Of a stretch of 64,000 nt of DNA, positions 54,426-63,724 are shown piece by piece (position 1 is the first letter of the stretch; each line of letters begins with the position of its first letter). Origin of the DNA: an uncultured virus (IMG/VR IMGVR_UViG_3300046804_004946) (Duplodnaviria; Heunggongvirae; Uroviricota; Caudoviricetes). The stretch is taken from IMG/VR virus record IMGVR_UViG_3300046804_004946, positions 1 to 64,000 of that record; one strand, given 5' to 3'. The position numbers were made by a program, and so were the translations under genes. The notes below the pieces were generated by a model. The model worked only from the letters and a program-made list of their open reading frames with translations, had not been told where the DNA came from and did no database searches.

Positions 54426-56579
54426 ATGACCGTTCGCCACGAAATCAAGTCTCAACTTGCCAAACTGCTTGCCACCGAAGACCTTGTGGTTGAGCACAAG
54501 AAGGTAGAAACTGCCTGCTTTAACGTTCACACCCGTGTTCTTACACTTCCTATGTGGGAGAAGGCAAGCAACACCGTGTATGATCTTCTGGTGGGTCACG
54601 AAGTTGGACATGCTCTCTATACTCCTGATGAGGATTGGACTAAAAACGTAAAAGTTCCTCCCCAATTTGTGAACATCGTAGAAGATGCACGTATTGAGAA
54701 GATGATGAAGCGCCGTTATCCTGGTCTTTCCAAGACCTTTTATAACGGTTATAAGGAATTCTGTGACGAAGATTTCTTTCAAATTAAAGATGATAATCTG
54801 GAAACTTATACTCTTGCCGACCGTGCAAACCTGTGGTTTAAGATTGGTAATTATGTAAATGTTCCGATTGAGCGTGGGCAAGAAACTGAAATCATTAATT
54901 TGATTGCAGAAACTGAAACGTTTGCCGATGTTTTGATTGCGGCAGAAGAACTGTACAAATATTGTAAGCAAAAGCAACAAGAAGAAACTAAAATTCAGAT
55001 TGATAATCTGGAATCTCAACAGGGTGGGGCAAGTCAACAACCTGCATCTGATTTTACGGATCAACAAGAAGGTGAAAACGACCAACCTTCTTCTGAAGGA
55101 TCGCAAGGTTCTGCCTCAAACGAAAAAACTCCAGAGCAAGAGAAAAAACCTTCTTCATCTATTGAAGGTGGTGAAGAAAGTGATCCTGAAGTAAAAACGA
55201 TGGAATCACTTGAAGATGCACTTAAGGATCTTGTAAATTCTGATGGTTACGAGAATGTTTATCTTGAACTTCCTCAACTTGATTTGAATAAGGTTATTGT
55301 TCCAAATGAGGAGATTCATTCTAATTGCAAAAAAAGTTGGTCAGACTATGCAGAGAATGTTGGGTACACTCATGAAGATCTTTTTGGAGAAGTTGACAAA
55401 CAGTTTGTTGAATTCAAGCGTTCTGCTCAAAAGGAAGTCAACTATCTGGTAAAAGAGTTTGAATGCCGTAAAGCAGCAGACTCCTATGCTCGTGCTTCTA
55501 CTGCCCGCACGGGTGTTCTGGACTGCTCCAAACTTCATACCTACAAATATAACGAAGATATTTTTAAAAAGGTTACAACACTTGCCGATGGTAAGAACCA
55601 TGGTCTGATTTTTATTCTTGACTGGTCTGGATCCATGCAAGAAGTTATGATGGATACTGTCAAACAACTTTTTAACTTGATTTGGTTCTGTAAAAAAGTT
55701 TCTATTCCTTTTGATGTCTATGCGTTTACGACAGATTATCCTCTTTGGTCCTATGATGAAAATGGGAAGGCAAACATTCGGCAACTTGCCTACAAGAAAA
55801 AAGATGGACTTGTTCAAGTTGGTGAATGGTTCTCCATGATGAATCTGTTTACTAGTAAAGTAAATGGTAAAGTACTTGAGGAACAGATGAAAAACGTCTT
55901 TCGTCTTGCTGCAAGTTTTGGTTATAAATCTTATACCAGGTATAATGTTCCTACTGGTATGAGTCTTTCTGGAACTCCTTTGAATGAGGCGCTTATTTCC
56001 ATGCACCAAATTCTTCCTAAATTTCAAAAAGAAAACAAACTACAGAAGGTTCAGTGTGTTGTTCTAACCGATGGTGAAGCTTGCCCTGTTAAGTATCACC
56101 GTGAAGTTCATCGCCGTTGGGAAGATGAACCTTATATTGGAACTTCTCATATCGGACCTAGTGCATTCCTTCGTGATCGTAAAACTGGAATGACTTATTC
56201 GTGTGATTGTGAATGGCATGAATTTACTAATATTCTTCTTCGCAACTTGAGGGATAAATTTGCGGATATTAATTTTATTGGAATTCGTGTTCTTGAATCT
56301 CGTGATGCTGGTAATTTTATTCGCCGTTATTGTGGTTATTATGGAAGTGAGTATGATAAAGTAATGACTTCTTGGAAAAAGGAAAAAGCATTTTCCATCA
56401 AAAGTTCAGGATATCATTCTTATTTTGGTCTTTCTTCTAGTGCTCTTTCTCAAGAATCTGAATTTTCTGTTGCTGAAGATGCTACAAAAGCACAGATTAA
56501 AAGTGCATTTGTGAAAAGTTTGAAGACTAAAAAAATGAATAAGAAAATTCTTGGTGAGTTTGTAGAACTTGTTGCTTGA
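54426..56579 (+). CDS. Metallopeptidase-like/VWA (CobT-like) protein
   Basis: HEVGH (HExxH) and EDARIE; MIDAS-type LDWSGSM, GTPL, LTDGE; next to a CobS-like ATPase. Confidence 0.85.
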   Translation: MTVRHEIKSQLAKLLATEDLVVEHKKVETACFNVHTRVLTLPMWEKASNTVYDLLVGHEVGHALYTPDEDWTKNVKVPPQFVNIVEDARIEKMMKRRYPGLSKTFYNGYKEFCDEDFFQIKDDNLETYTLADRANLWFKIGNYVNVPIERGQETEIINLIAETETFADVLIAAEELYKYCKQKQQEETKIQIDNLESQQGGASQQPASDFTDQQEGENDQPSSEGSQGSASNEKTPEQEKKPSSSIEGGEESDPEVKTMESLEDALKDLVNSDGYENVYLELPQLDLNKVIVPNEEIHSNCKKSWSDYAENVGYTHEDLFGEVDKQFVEFKRSAQKEVNYLVKEFECRKAADSYARASTARTGVLDCSKLHTYKYNEDIFKKVTTLADGKNHGLIFILDWSGSMQEVMMDTVKQLFNLIWFCKKVSIPFDVYAFTTDYPLWSYDENGKANIRQLAYKKKDGLVQVGEWFSMMNLFTSKVNGKVLEEQMKNVFRLAASFGYKSYTRYNVPTGMSLSGTPLNEALISMHQILPKFQKENKLQKVQCVVLTDGEACPVKYHREVHRRWEDEPYIGTSHIGPSAFLRDRKTGMTYSCDCEWHEFTNILLRNLRDKFADINFIGIRVLESRDAGNFIRRYCGYYGSEYDKVMTSWKKEKAFSIKSSGYHSYFGLSSSALSQESEFSVAEDATKAQIKSAFVKSLKTKKMNKKILGEFVELVA

Positions 56580-56609
56580 TAAATAATTTATAGAATTCTA
56601 TCGCATCTA

Positions 56610-56783
56610 ATGAGTAGATTTACAGATTTTTTTCAAGAACCAGCACCTGTAGTAGAATCAGCACCTGTAGTAGAACCAGCACCTGTTGTTGAAGCAGTTT
56701 CTGTAGTAGAACCAGCACCTGTTGTTGAAGCAGTTCCTGCTCCTAAAAAACCACTTCCAAAAAAGAAGTTTACTATGGACTGA
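56610..56783 (+). CDS. Small protein with EPAPVV repeats, 57 aa
   Basis: Hand translation MSRFTDFFQEPAPVVESAPVVEPAPVVEAVSVVEPAPVVEAVPAPKKPLPKKKFTMD; GATAAATA late-like promoter overlapping the upstream stop. Confidence 0.7.
   Translation: MSRFTDFFQEPAPVVESAPVVEPAPVVEAVSVVEPAPVVEAVPAPKKPLPKKKFTMD
56637..56740 (+). repeat. Imperfect 18-bp in-frame tandem repeat (GAACCAGCACCTGTAGTA)
   Basis: About 5.5 units visible. Confidence 0.85.
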
Positions 56784-56874
56784 CGACCAATTTCTAAACT
56801 GTCACAGGGGGCACTTACCTGCCCCCTTTTTGCTTGTATAATTACTTTGTTGAAACAAATCACCCAACTAAATC
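56784..56874 (+). promoter_or_regulatory. Early-type promoter with imperfect palindrome and -35-loop hairpin
   Basis: CGACCAATT-N4-AACTGTCAC; AGGGGGCA-CTTACC-TGCCCCCT; TATAAT (56837-56842) 17 nt after the loop hexamer. Confidence 0.7.
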
Positions 56875-58005
56875 ATGCCTCGTAAAATTTCTGTGAGCGA
56901 CGAACAACTGATTGAATCACTCAAAACTCTTTACGGCACCGAACTTTCTGCGGGAGACATCCGTGGTTTCTGTGCTTCTCGCAACCTTTCTTATCCTACT
57001 GTGACACGCCGTTTGGAACAATTTAAAACTGATCGTGGGCGCTGGAATCTTGAAGTAACTCAAGAACGTGTAGAAGAAATTGAACGTTCTTTTAGTGCTC
57101 CTGCTGCCCTTCCTTCTGTGGAACAAAACCTCATTCCAGATAAAGATGATACCTTCGTCAAGTTTGGTAATTTTAACGATCTTAAAAAGATTATTCAGTC
57201 CAATCTTTTTTATCCTACGTTCATTACGGGTCTTTCGGGTAATGGCAAAACGTTCAGTGTTGAGCAAGCTTGTGCTCAACTTAAGCGTGAATTGATTCGT
57301 GTAAATATTACGATTGAGACTGATGAAGATGACCTTATTGGTGGTTTTAGGCTTGTTGATGGGAACACTGCATGGCACAATGGTCCTGTGATTGAGGCAC
57401 TTGAGCGTGGTGCAATTCTTCTGCTGGATGAGATTGACCTTGCCTCTAACAAAATCCTCTGTCTTCAATCCGTTCTGGAAGGCAAGGGTGTATTCCTGAA
57501 GAAGATTGGTAAGTTCGTAAAACCTGCTGCTGGGTTCAACGTGTTCGCCACCGCCAACACCAAGGGTAAGGGTTCTGATGATGGGCGCTTCATCGGCACC
57601 AACGTGCTCAATGAGGCATTCCTGGAGCGTTTCCCTGTGACTTTTGAACAGTCCTATCCTGCTCCTGCAACCGAGCAGAAGATCCTGGAAGGCATCGCTC
57701 TAGACCTTGGCGTGGAAGACCGTGATTTCTGCAAGCGTCTGGTGGATTGGGCAGATGTAATTCGTAAAACCTTCTATGAAGGTGCCATTGAAGAAATTAT
57801 CAGCACCCGCCGCCTGACTCATATTATCCGTGCTTACAGCATCTTTAATGACAAGGCAAAAGCAATTCAAGTTTGCATCAATCGTTTTGATGATGCAACT
57901 AAGCAATCTTTTCTTGAACTTTACGACAAGGTTGATGCTGATTTCCAGATGCCTACTCAACCTGAATTGACGGTTGAATATATTGACCAACCTGCTCCGT
58001 TCTGA
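56875..58005 (+). CDS. cobS: CobS-like/MoxR AAA+ ATPase
   Basis: GLSGNGKT, LLLDEID, ANTKGKGSDDGRFIGTNVLNEAFLERF. Confidence 0.9.
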   Translation: MPRKISVSDEQLIESLKTLYGTELSAGDIRGFCASRNLSYPTVTRRLEQFKTDRGRWNLEVTQERVEEIERSFSAPAALPSVEQNLIPDKDDTFVKFGNFNDLKKIIQSNLFYPTFITGLSGNGKTFSVEQACAQLKRELIRVNITIETDEDDLIGGFRLVDGNTAWHNGPVIEALERGAILLLDEIDLASNKILCLQSVLEGKGVFLKKIGKFVKPAAGFNVFATANTKGKGSDDGRFIGTNVLNEAFLERFPVTFEQSYPAPATEQKILEGIALDLGVEDRDFCKRLVDWADVIRKTFYEGAIEEIISTRRLTHIIRAYSIFNDKAKAIQVCINRFDDATKQSFLELYDKVDADFQMPTQPELTVEYIDQPAPF

Positions 58006-58048
58006 TATAATTGGGGAAGGTAAAGATATGCCTTCCCTTTGTTTTTTT
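57983..58048 (+). promoter_or_regulatory. sigma70 promoter overlapping a terminator hairpin
   Basis: TTGACC (57983-57988)-N17-TATAAT (58006-58011), then a GGGAAGG/CCTTCCC stem and T-rich tail. Confidence 0.65.
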
Positions 58049-58061
58049 ACTATGGAGAATT

Positions 58062-58589
58062 ATGACCGCCTCTCAAAATTTTGAAACAAACTATTCAGAC
58101 TACATTTCCACTGGAAAATCAACCATTTTTGGTGCAAGTGGATCAGATACCATTTCTTTTTCTGGATCTCATCTTCCTGGTGGAATGGTAGACCATTCCC
58201 AAGATTTTTGGAATTATGATGGTATTAGTTTGACTGGTAATCCTTTTGCGTCTTCTGATACTTTTTCTTTAAATTCTTATAATATTAAAATGCCTGAAGA
58301 TACTAACAAAAACGGTTTTTGGAAATACAACGAAGATAAAATTCTTAAACAACTTGAAGAATATATTGCTAGCACATATAGGCAGCATTATGTGGATCGC
58401 ACTGGTGGTGGAAAGGAGCAAACTCTTGACAAAATCAAACATAATCGCCGCGAAGGATTCTGTGCAGGTAATGTAACCAAGTATATTGATCGCTATGACA
58501 CCAAGGGCACTCCTCGTGCTGATTTGTTCAAGGTTTTACACTATACTATTCTTCTAATTAATCACCTTAATCTTATTGAAAACAAGTGA
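58062..58589 (+). CDS. Hypothetical protein with DUF3310-like C-terminal domain
   Basis: KYNED..L..YIASTY.QHY; GFCAGNVTKY..RY..KG..DLFK.LHY; SD GGAG. Confidence 0.7.
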   Translation: MTASQNFETNYSDYISTGKSTIFGASGSDTISFSGSHLPGGMVDHSQDFWNYDGISLTGNPFASSDTFSLNSYNIKMPEDTNKNGFWKYNEDKILKQLEEYIASTYRQHYVDRTGGGKEQTLDKIKHNRREGFCAGNVTKYIDRYDTKGTPRADLFKVLHYTILLINHLNLIENK

Positions 58590-59272
58590 AACTAAAACCA
58601 GAAACTATGAAACTTTCCGATAACACGTTGACTATCCTTAAGAATTTTGCAAGTATTAACAATTCAATTCTTGTAAAAGGAGGAAATCGCCTTCGTACTA
58701 TTTCCGTGGCAAAAAATATCCTGGCAGAAGCAGAGATTACTGAAGAGTTTCCTCGTGATTTTGCCATTTATGATCTTAATCAGTTCTTGAATGGACTTGG
58801 ACTTCACCAAGATCCAGATCTGGACTTTAAGGAAGAATCTTATTTGAGCATTCGTGAAGGTAAGAGGCGAGTAAAGTATTTCTTCGCAGATCCTAACGTA
58901 ATTGTTTCTCCTCCTGAAAAGGATATTCAATTACCTTCAAAAGATGTTTGCTTTCAACTTGATAGCACATCTCTTGAAAAACTGGTAAAGGCAGCAGCAG
59001 TTTATCAACTTCCAGATTTTTCTGCCATTGGTGAGGCGGGTGTCATTAAACTTGTGGTTCGTGATAAGAAAAATGATACTTCTAATGAATATGCTATCGT
59101 TGTTGGTGAAACTGATACCGAGTTTACCTTTAACTTTAAAGTAGAAAACATCAAGATTATTCCTGGTGCGTATGACGTTGTGGTGTCTTCTAAACTTTTG
59201 TCACAATTCACGAACACCAAGTACAATCTGAAGTATTATATTGCTCTGGAACCTGATTCAACCTTCGGATGA
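58586..59272 (+). CDS. gp45: Sliding clamp gp45
   Basis: MKLS..T..ILKNFASIN.SI, FAIYDLNQFL, YYIALEPDS. Confidence 0.95.
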   Translation: MKLKPETMKLSDNTLTILKNFASINNSILVKGGNRLRTISVAKNILAEAEITEEFPRDFAIYDLNQFLNGLGLHQDPDLDFKEESYLSIREGKRRVKYFFADPNVIVSPPEKDIQLPSKDVCFQLDSTSLEKLVKAAAVYQLPDFSAIGEAGVIKLVVRDKKNDTSNEYAIVVGETDTEFTFNFKVENIKIIPGAYDVVVSSKLLSQFTNTKYNLKYYIALEPDSTFG

Positions 59273-59781
59273 ACATTTTTGTAACTTCCCCTTGGCCTGC
59301 TGAAAGTGCCATTTGCCTTCCTGACAAACACATCGTTAAGATGCCTCTAGAGTGCTGCCAAATGCTTTCTATTGTGGCATCTGACAAATGGGGTCATGGA
59401 TATGGTCCTCTACACAAGAGTGATGGCACTCCTTATAAAACTGAAAAAGGTGCATTTCGCAATCATCCTTGTACTAAATGGGCGCTGGATAGTATTCATA
59501 ATGCCTATTGGTTAATTAAACATGGTATGAATCTTGCCGATGAATATAATTTGCGATATGGTAAACAACACTCATGTTATAATACTTTGTTGCAAGCATA
59601 TTATTTGTTTCCTAAGGGGAAGATTACAGAAGTAAGTCCATTTGCCCGTGCTATGCCAGATGAGTATAAACTTGACACAAGCATTGACACTTTTACTGCT
59701 TACAAGATGTATATCGCATCCAAACCTTGGGTTGCATCTAATTATCTTCGTATGCCGCAACGAAAACCTGATTGGATCTAA
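59269..59781 (+). CDS. Pyrimidine-dimer DNA glycosylase/DenV-like protein
   Basis: MNIF.., DKHIVKMPLE..QML, NHPCTKW, EY..RYGK.H. Confidence 0.8.
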   Translation: MNIFVTSPWPAESAICLPDKHIVKMPLECCQMLSIVASDKWGHGYGPLHKSDGTPYKTEKGAFRNHPCTKWALDSIHNAYWLIKHGMNLADEYNLRYGKQHSCYNTLLQAYYLFPKGKITEVSPFARAMPDEYKLDTSIDTFTAYKMYIASKPWVASNYLRMPQRKPDWI

Positions 59782-59784
59782 ATT

Positions 59785-60729
59785 ATGACAAGTGAATTTC
59801 TTTTTGTGGAGAAGTACCGCCCTCAAGTGATTGAGGATTGTATTCTTCCCGATGATACTAAAAAAACATTCAAGGAGTTTGTGGAGAAGGGTGAGATTCC
59901 TAACCTTCTTCTTGCAGGACCTCCTGGTATTGGTAAAACTACAATTGCAAAGGCATTATGTAACGAACTAGGAGCAGATTATTATGTCATCAACGGATCC
60001 GACGAAGGACGTTTCTTGGATACTGTACGGAACCAAGCAAAAAACTTTGCTTCGACCGTCTCACTTACGGGATCTTCTAAACACAAAGTCATCATCATCG
60101 ATGAGGCAGATAACACGGGCAACGACGTACAACTCCTATTACGGGCGAATATTGAGGCATTTTATAACAACTGCAGATTCATTTTTACCTGCAACTACAA
60201 AAACAAAATTATTGAACCTCTCCATTCCCGATGTGCAGTTATTGACTTCACAATTAAAGGAAAACAAAAAGCACAACTTGCAGGATCTTTCTTCAAACGT
60301 CTCCAAACGATCTTGGATCAGGAAAAAATTGAGTATGATCAAAAAGTTCTTGTTGAAATAATCTCCAAGCATTTTCCAGATTTCCGAAGAGTTTTAAATG
60401 AATGTCAAAGATATTCAACTGGAGGTAAAATTGATTCTGGCATTCTTGCATCTTTCTCTGATATTAGTGTAAATGAACTCGTTAAAAATCTCAAAGAAAA
60501 AAACTTTTCGGAAGTACGAAAGTGGGTGGTCGGGAACTTGGACAACGATGCTTCTAGTTTACTTCGTAGGGTGTATGACGCCTGTTACGATTGCCTTTCA
60601 CCCCAATCTATTCCCGCTGCCGTTCTTGTTATTGCTAAGTATCAATACCAATGTGCGTTCGTGGCTGACCAAGAAATTAACCTCTTAGCAGCACTAACAG
60701 AAATTATGGTGGAGTGTGAATTCAAATGA
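59785..60729 (+). CDS. gp44: Clamp loader large subunit gp44
   Basis: VEKYRP, GPPGIGKTT, IIDEAD, LHSRC. Confidence 0.96.
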   Translation: MTSEFLFVEKYRPQVIEDCILPDDTKKTFKEFVEKGEIPNLLLAGPPGIGKTTIAKALCNELGADYYVINGSDEGRFLDTVRNQAKNFASTVSLTGSSKHKVIIIDEADNTGNDVQLLLRANIEAFYNNCRFIFTCNYKNKIIEPLHSRCAVIDFTIKGKQKAQLAGSFFKRLQTILDQEKIEYDQKVLVEIISKHFPDFRRVLNECQRYSTGGKIDSGILASFSDISVNELVKNLKEKNFSEVRKWVVGNLDNDASSLLRRVYDACYDCLSPQSIPAAVLVIAKYQYQCAFVADQEINLLAALTEIMVECEFK

Positions 60730-60932
60730 GTTTTTACAAAATCGATTACAAAACCTTATATGTAGTTCCAGTAAAAACAACTCCTGCAAATGTGCAAGAG
60801 GCAAACGAAGGTCTTTTTCGTGCTAAAATGACTTTGCCTGCTGCTGCTGCCCACTGTGGCATGACGCAGAAGGAAATGAAACTTACTTTTTTTGAATACC
60901 TTAAGTATAACAAACCTGATTATGAGTATTGA
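60726..60932 (+). CDS. Hypothetical protein, 68 aa
   Basis: ORF track; short HTH-like MTLPAAAAHCGMTQKEMK. Confidence 0.7.
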   Translation: MSFYKIDYKTLYVVPVKTTPANVQEANEGLFRAKMTLPAAAAHCGMTQKEMKLTFFEYLKYNKPDYEY

Positions 60933-61494
60933 TTTTTCTCGCGTTAACTTTGAGCAATTTTTTGGATGGGTAAATGCATCCAATACAAAACAAATGAAAA
61001 GTTCCGCATTCAGGGGACTTCGTGCCCATTATACTGAGAAGTCTTTTTGTAAGTGGTCCGATGATCAATTGGACCATGTGGGACTTTTTCAAACTGGCAG
61101 GGATTTTATTCTAAAAGAAACGAAAAAACCTGTTGAAATGAAAAGTCAATTTGGTCTGTTTAAAACAGGTAAAGACAAAACTGGTAAAGACTGCCGTGGT
61201 GACTGCAGGCCATTTGTATTGAAAAATTTTCATCCTTCTAGTAAAGATAAAACAGAATGGAAAAAAGAAGATCTAATTAAAACATTTGATTATCTACTTT
61301 TAGTTGATACTAAGGCTATGTCTGTGGGTTATACCACATGGGATAAAGTTTACGAATGTATTGATGAGAATGCAAAGGACCCCAAATGTGCATTGAAGAA
61401 GGGTGATTATACTATGATTGTTGAAAATGTCATTCCTGCTGAAAAAGACTGTAATGTTGATGATATGTTTTCTTTGATTGAGGAGCACCTTTGA
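60922..61494 (+). CDS. Putative PD-(D/E)xK endonuclease-like protein
   Basis: Residue spacing E(TEK)...GRDF...VEMK and FDYLLLVD; overlaps the methylase start. Confidence 0.5.
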   Translation: MSIDFSRVNFEQFFGWVNASNTKQMKSSAFRGLRAHYTEKSFCKWSDDQLDHVGLFQTGRDFILKETKKPVEMKSQFGLFKTGKDKTGKDCRGDCRPFVLKNFHPSSKDKTEWKKEDLIKTFDYLLLVDTKAMSVGYTTWDKVYECIDENAKDPKCALKKGDYTMIVENVIPAEKDCNVDDMFSLIEEHL

Positions 61495-62366
61495 TGAAAT
61501 CTTTAAAAACCCCTCTTCGTTATCCTGGTGGTAAGTCCCGTGCCTGTGAAAAGATGGCACCTTATTTCCCAGACCTTCGCAATTATGATCAATTCCGCGA
61601 ACCATTTCTTGGTGGAGGAAGTGTTGCGATTTATATCACGAAGAAATATCCTAACCTAGATATTTGGGTAAATGATTTATATGAACCTCTTGTAAATTTC
61701 TGGCAGCAACTCCAGATGTTTGGATATGATTTAAAAAGCGAATTGGTAGATTTAAAGACGGCAAATAATACTCCTGATTTAGCAAGAGAACTTTTTCTCC
61801 AGTCAAAGGAGCGGATCAATGACCAAACTGTGTCAAATTTTGATCGTGCTGTGGCTTTCTATATTGTCAATAAGTGTAGTTTCAGTGGTCTCACAGAGAG
61901 TTCATCATTTTCACCACAAGCATCCAACTCCAACTTTAGTTTGCAGGGAATTCAAAAACTGCCTGGGTATTCTGAGATAATTAAAAATTGGAGTATAACT
62001 AATTATTCTTATGATTATTTGATGGATGCAAATATGGGTGTTTTTATGTATCTTGATCCTCCTTATGACATTAAGGATAATCTCTATGGCAGAAAAGGAT
62101 CAATGCACAAAGGATTTGATCACGATAAGTTTGCTGCTGATTGCGATGCTAATAACATGGATCAATTAGTGAGTTATAATTCTGATCAACTTGTCAAAGA
62201 TCGCTTTAAGAACTGGAATGCTGCGGAGTTTGATTTGACTTATACGATGCGTTCAGTTGGTGAATATATGCGAGATCAAAAAACACGTAAAGAACTACTG
62301 CTTTTTAATTATGGAATTGAAGGACTGGTTAAACTCGATCAATCAAACGAAACAGAATCTGATTGA
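61491..62366 (+). CDS. dam: Dam/D12-class N6-adenine DNA methyltransferase
   Basis: LRYPGGKS, EPFLGGGSV, YLDPPY. Confidence 0.9.
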   Translation: MMKSLKTPLRYPGGKSRACEKMAPYFPDLRNYDQFREPFLGGGSVAIYITKKYPNLDIWVNDLYEPLVNFWQQLQMFGYDLKSELVDLKTANNTPDLARELFLQSKERINDQTVSNFDRAVAFYIVNKCSFSGLTESSSFSPQASNSNFSLQGIQKLPGYSEIIKNWSITNYSYDYLMDANMGVFMYLDPPYDIKDNLYGRKGSMHKGFDHDKFAADCDANNMDQLVSYNSDQLVKDRFKNWNAAEFDLTYTMRSVGEYMRDQKTRKELLLFNYGIEGLVKLDQSNETESD

Positions 62367-62691
62367 AGAAGATCCTTCACTTGAGAAGGAATATGCACCT
62401 TATATTATCAATCGTTGTTTGTCTGGACATGTTGATTGCATTATGTTTGCGAATGAAATGAACCGATATCATTTTCTTCCAAAGAAGATGCAATATGAGT
62501 TTTTTATAAATAGTCTGAGGAAAAAGAAGAGATTTTCTCCCTGGCTCCGACAAGATAAAATCAAAGATCTTGATTATGTCAAACGTTATTATGGGTATAG
62601 TAATGAGAAGGCAAAACAAGCTTTGAGGATTCTTACTACAGAACAACTTAATTTTATTAAATCAAAATTTGAAACTGGAGGAACAAAATGA
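62311..62691 (+). CDS. gp62: Clamp loader small subunit gp62
   Basis: WLNSIN..K, Y.PYIINRCLS, KRFSPW, YYGYSNEKA. Confidence 0.92.
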   Translation: MELKDWLNSINQTKQNLIEEDPSLEKEYAPYIINRCLSGHVDCIMFANEMNRYHFLPKKMQYEFFINSLRKKKRFSPWLRQDKIKDLDYVKRYYGYSNEKAKQALRILTTEQLNFIKSKFETGGTK

Positions 62692-63128
62692 GTGTCGTTC
62701 AAGAACCTGAAGTGAAGTGGACGCCAAATCAAATGGTTGAAGTGGTTCTTAATGAACCTGATGACTTTTTGAAAGTGCGTGAAACTTTGACTCGTATCGG
62801 AGTCGCTTCAAGAAAGGAAAAGAAAATCTACCAATCTTGCCATATTTTACATAAGCAAGGTAGATATTATCTAGTTCATTTTAAAGAACTGTTTGCCCTG
62901 GATGGCAAACATGCAAACCTTACTGTAAATGATGTTCAGCGTCGCAATCGTATTGCCCAACTTCTTGCGGATTGGGGTCTAATTACAATTGTAGATCTTG
63001 AAAAAATTCAAGATATTGCACCATTAAATCAAATTAAAGTTCTTTCTTATAAAGATAAGGGAGAATGGATTTTAGAAACAAAATATAATATTGGATCTAA
63101 AAAGAAAAGGGTAGAAGAAACCGAATGA
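62688..63128 (+). CDS. regA: Translational repressor RegA
   Basis: PDDFLKVRETLTRIGVAS, QSCHILHKQGRYY.VHFKELF.LDG. Confidence 0.97.
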   Translation: MSVVQEPEVKWTPNQMVEVVLNEPDDFLKVRETLTRIGVASRKEKKIYQSCHILHKQGRYYLVHFKELFALDGKHANLTVNDVQRRNRIAQLLADWGLITIVDLEKIQDIAPLNQIKVLSYKDKGEWILETKYNIGSKKKRVEETE

Positions 63129-63134
63129 TTTTGT

Positions 63135-63158
63135 AGGGGGTTCAACACTCCCTTTTTT
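63135..63158 (+). terminator. Terminator-like hairpin after regA
   Basis: AGGGGGT-TCAAC-ACTCCCT followed by a T run. Confidence 0.6.
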
Positions 63159-63235
63159 ATTCTTTCTGTTATAATTATATACGGATGCCGAAAGGATCCA
63201 CAAAACACAAACTCGCTTTTTAAGGAGCTACTATA

Positions 63236-63670
63236 ATGACTAACCTCTCAAGGTATACTACTACTGATTTGCCTACTCTTTTAGATAAAATTACTCGTAA
63301 TAGTATTGGAATGGATGAATATTTTGATCGTCTATTCAACCTTCATGAAACTACAACAAATTATCCACCTTACAATCTAGTTCAGGTAAATAATGTAGAA
63401 TCTCGACTAGAGATTGCACTTGCTGGGTTTAAGAAAAAAGAAGTTTATGTTTACACACAAGACGGTAAACTCTTTGTGGAGGGCCAAAAGGAAGATAAAG
63501 AAACGGAGTCCAACTATCTCCACAAGGGTTTGGCTCAACGGAGTTTTAAGAGAGCGTGGACACTCTCTGATGATACGGAAGTACGATCAGTTGATTTTGA
63601 GGATGGGCTTCTAACCGTTGTGCTTGGTAGAATTGTTCCAGAGTATCACAAACGAAAAGATTATCTATAA
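63236..63670 (+). CDS. hsp20: Small heat shock protein (Hsp20/IbpA family)
   Basis: NYPPYN, LEIALAGF, YLHKGLAQRSF, F.DGLL. Confidence 0.95.
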   Translation: MTNLSRYTTTDLPTLLDKITRNSIGMDEYFDRLFNLHETTTNYPPYNLVQVNNVESRLEIALAGFKKKEVYVYTQDGKLFVEGQKEDKETESNYLHKGLAQRSFKRAWTLSDDTEVRSVDFEDGLLTVVLGRIVPEYHKRKDYL

Positions 63671-63724
63671 ATAAAATTGAATATCGTCGGCGCTATGCCA
63701 CGGGAGGTAACTGGCAAAATCCAG

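Noticed and set aside
9579..63614. Other short antisense or alternate-frame ORFs inside large genes (e.g. 54357-55106, 55341-56027, 56917-57468)
   Set aside because: They overlap well-supported plus-strand genes and show no recognisable motifs or expression signals.
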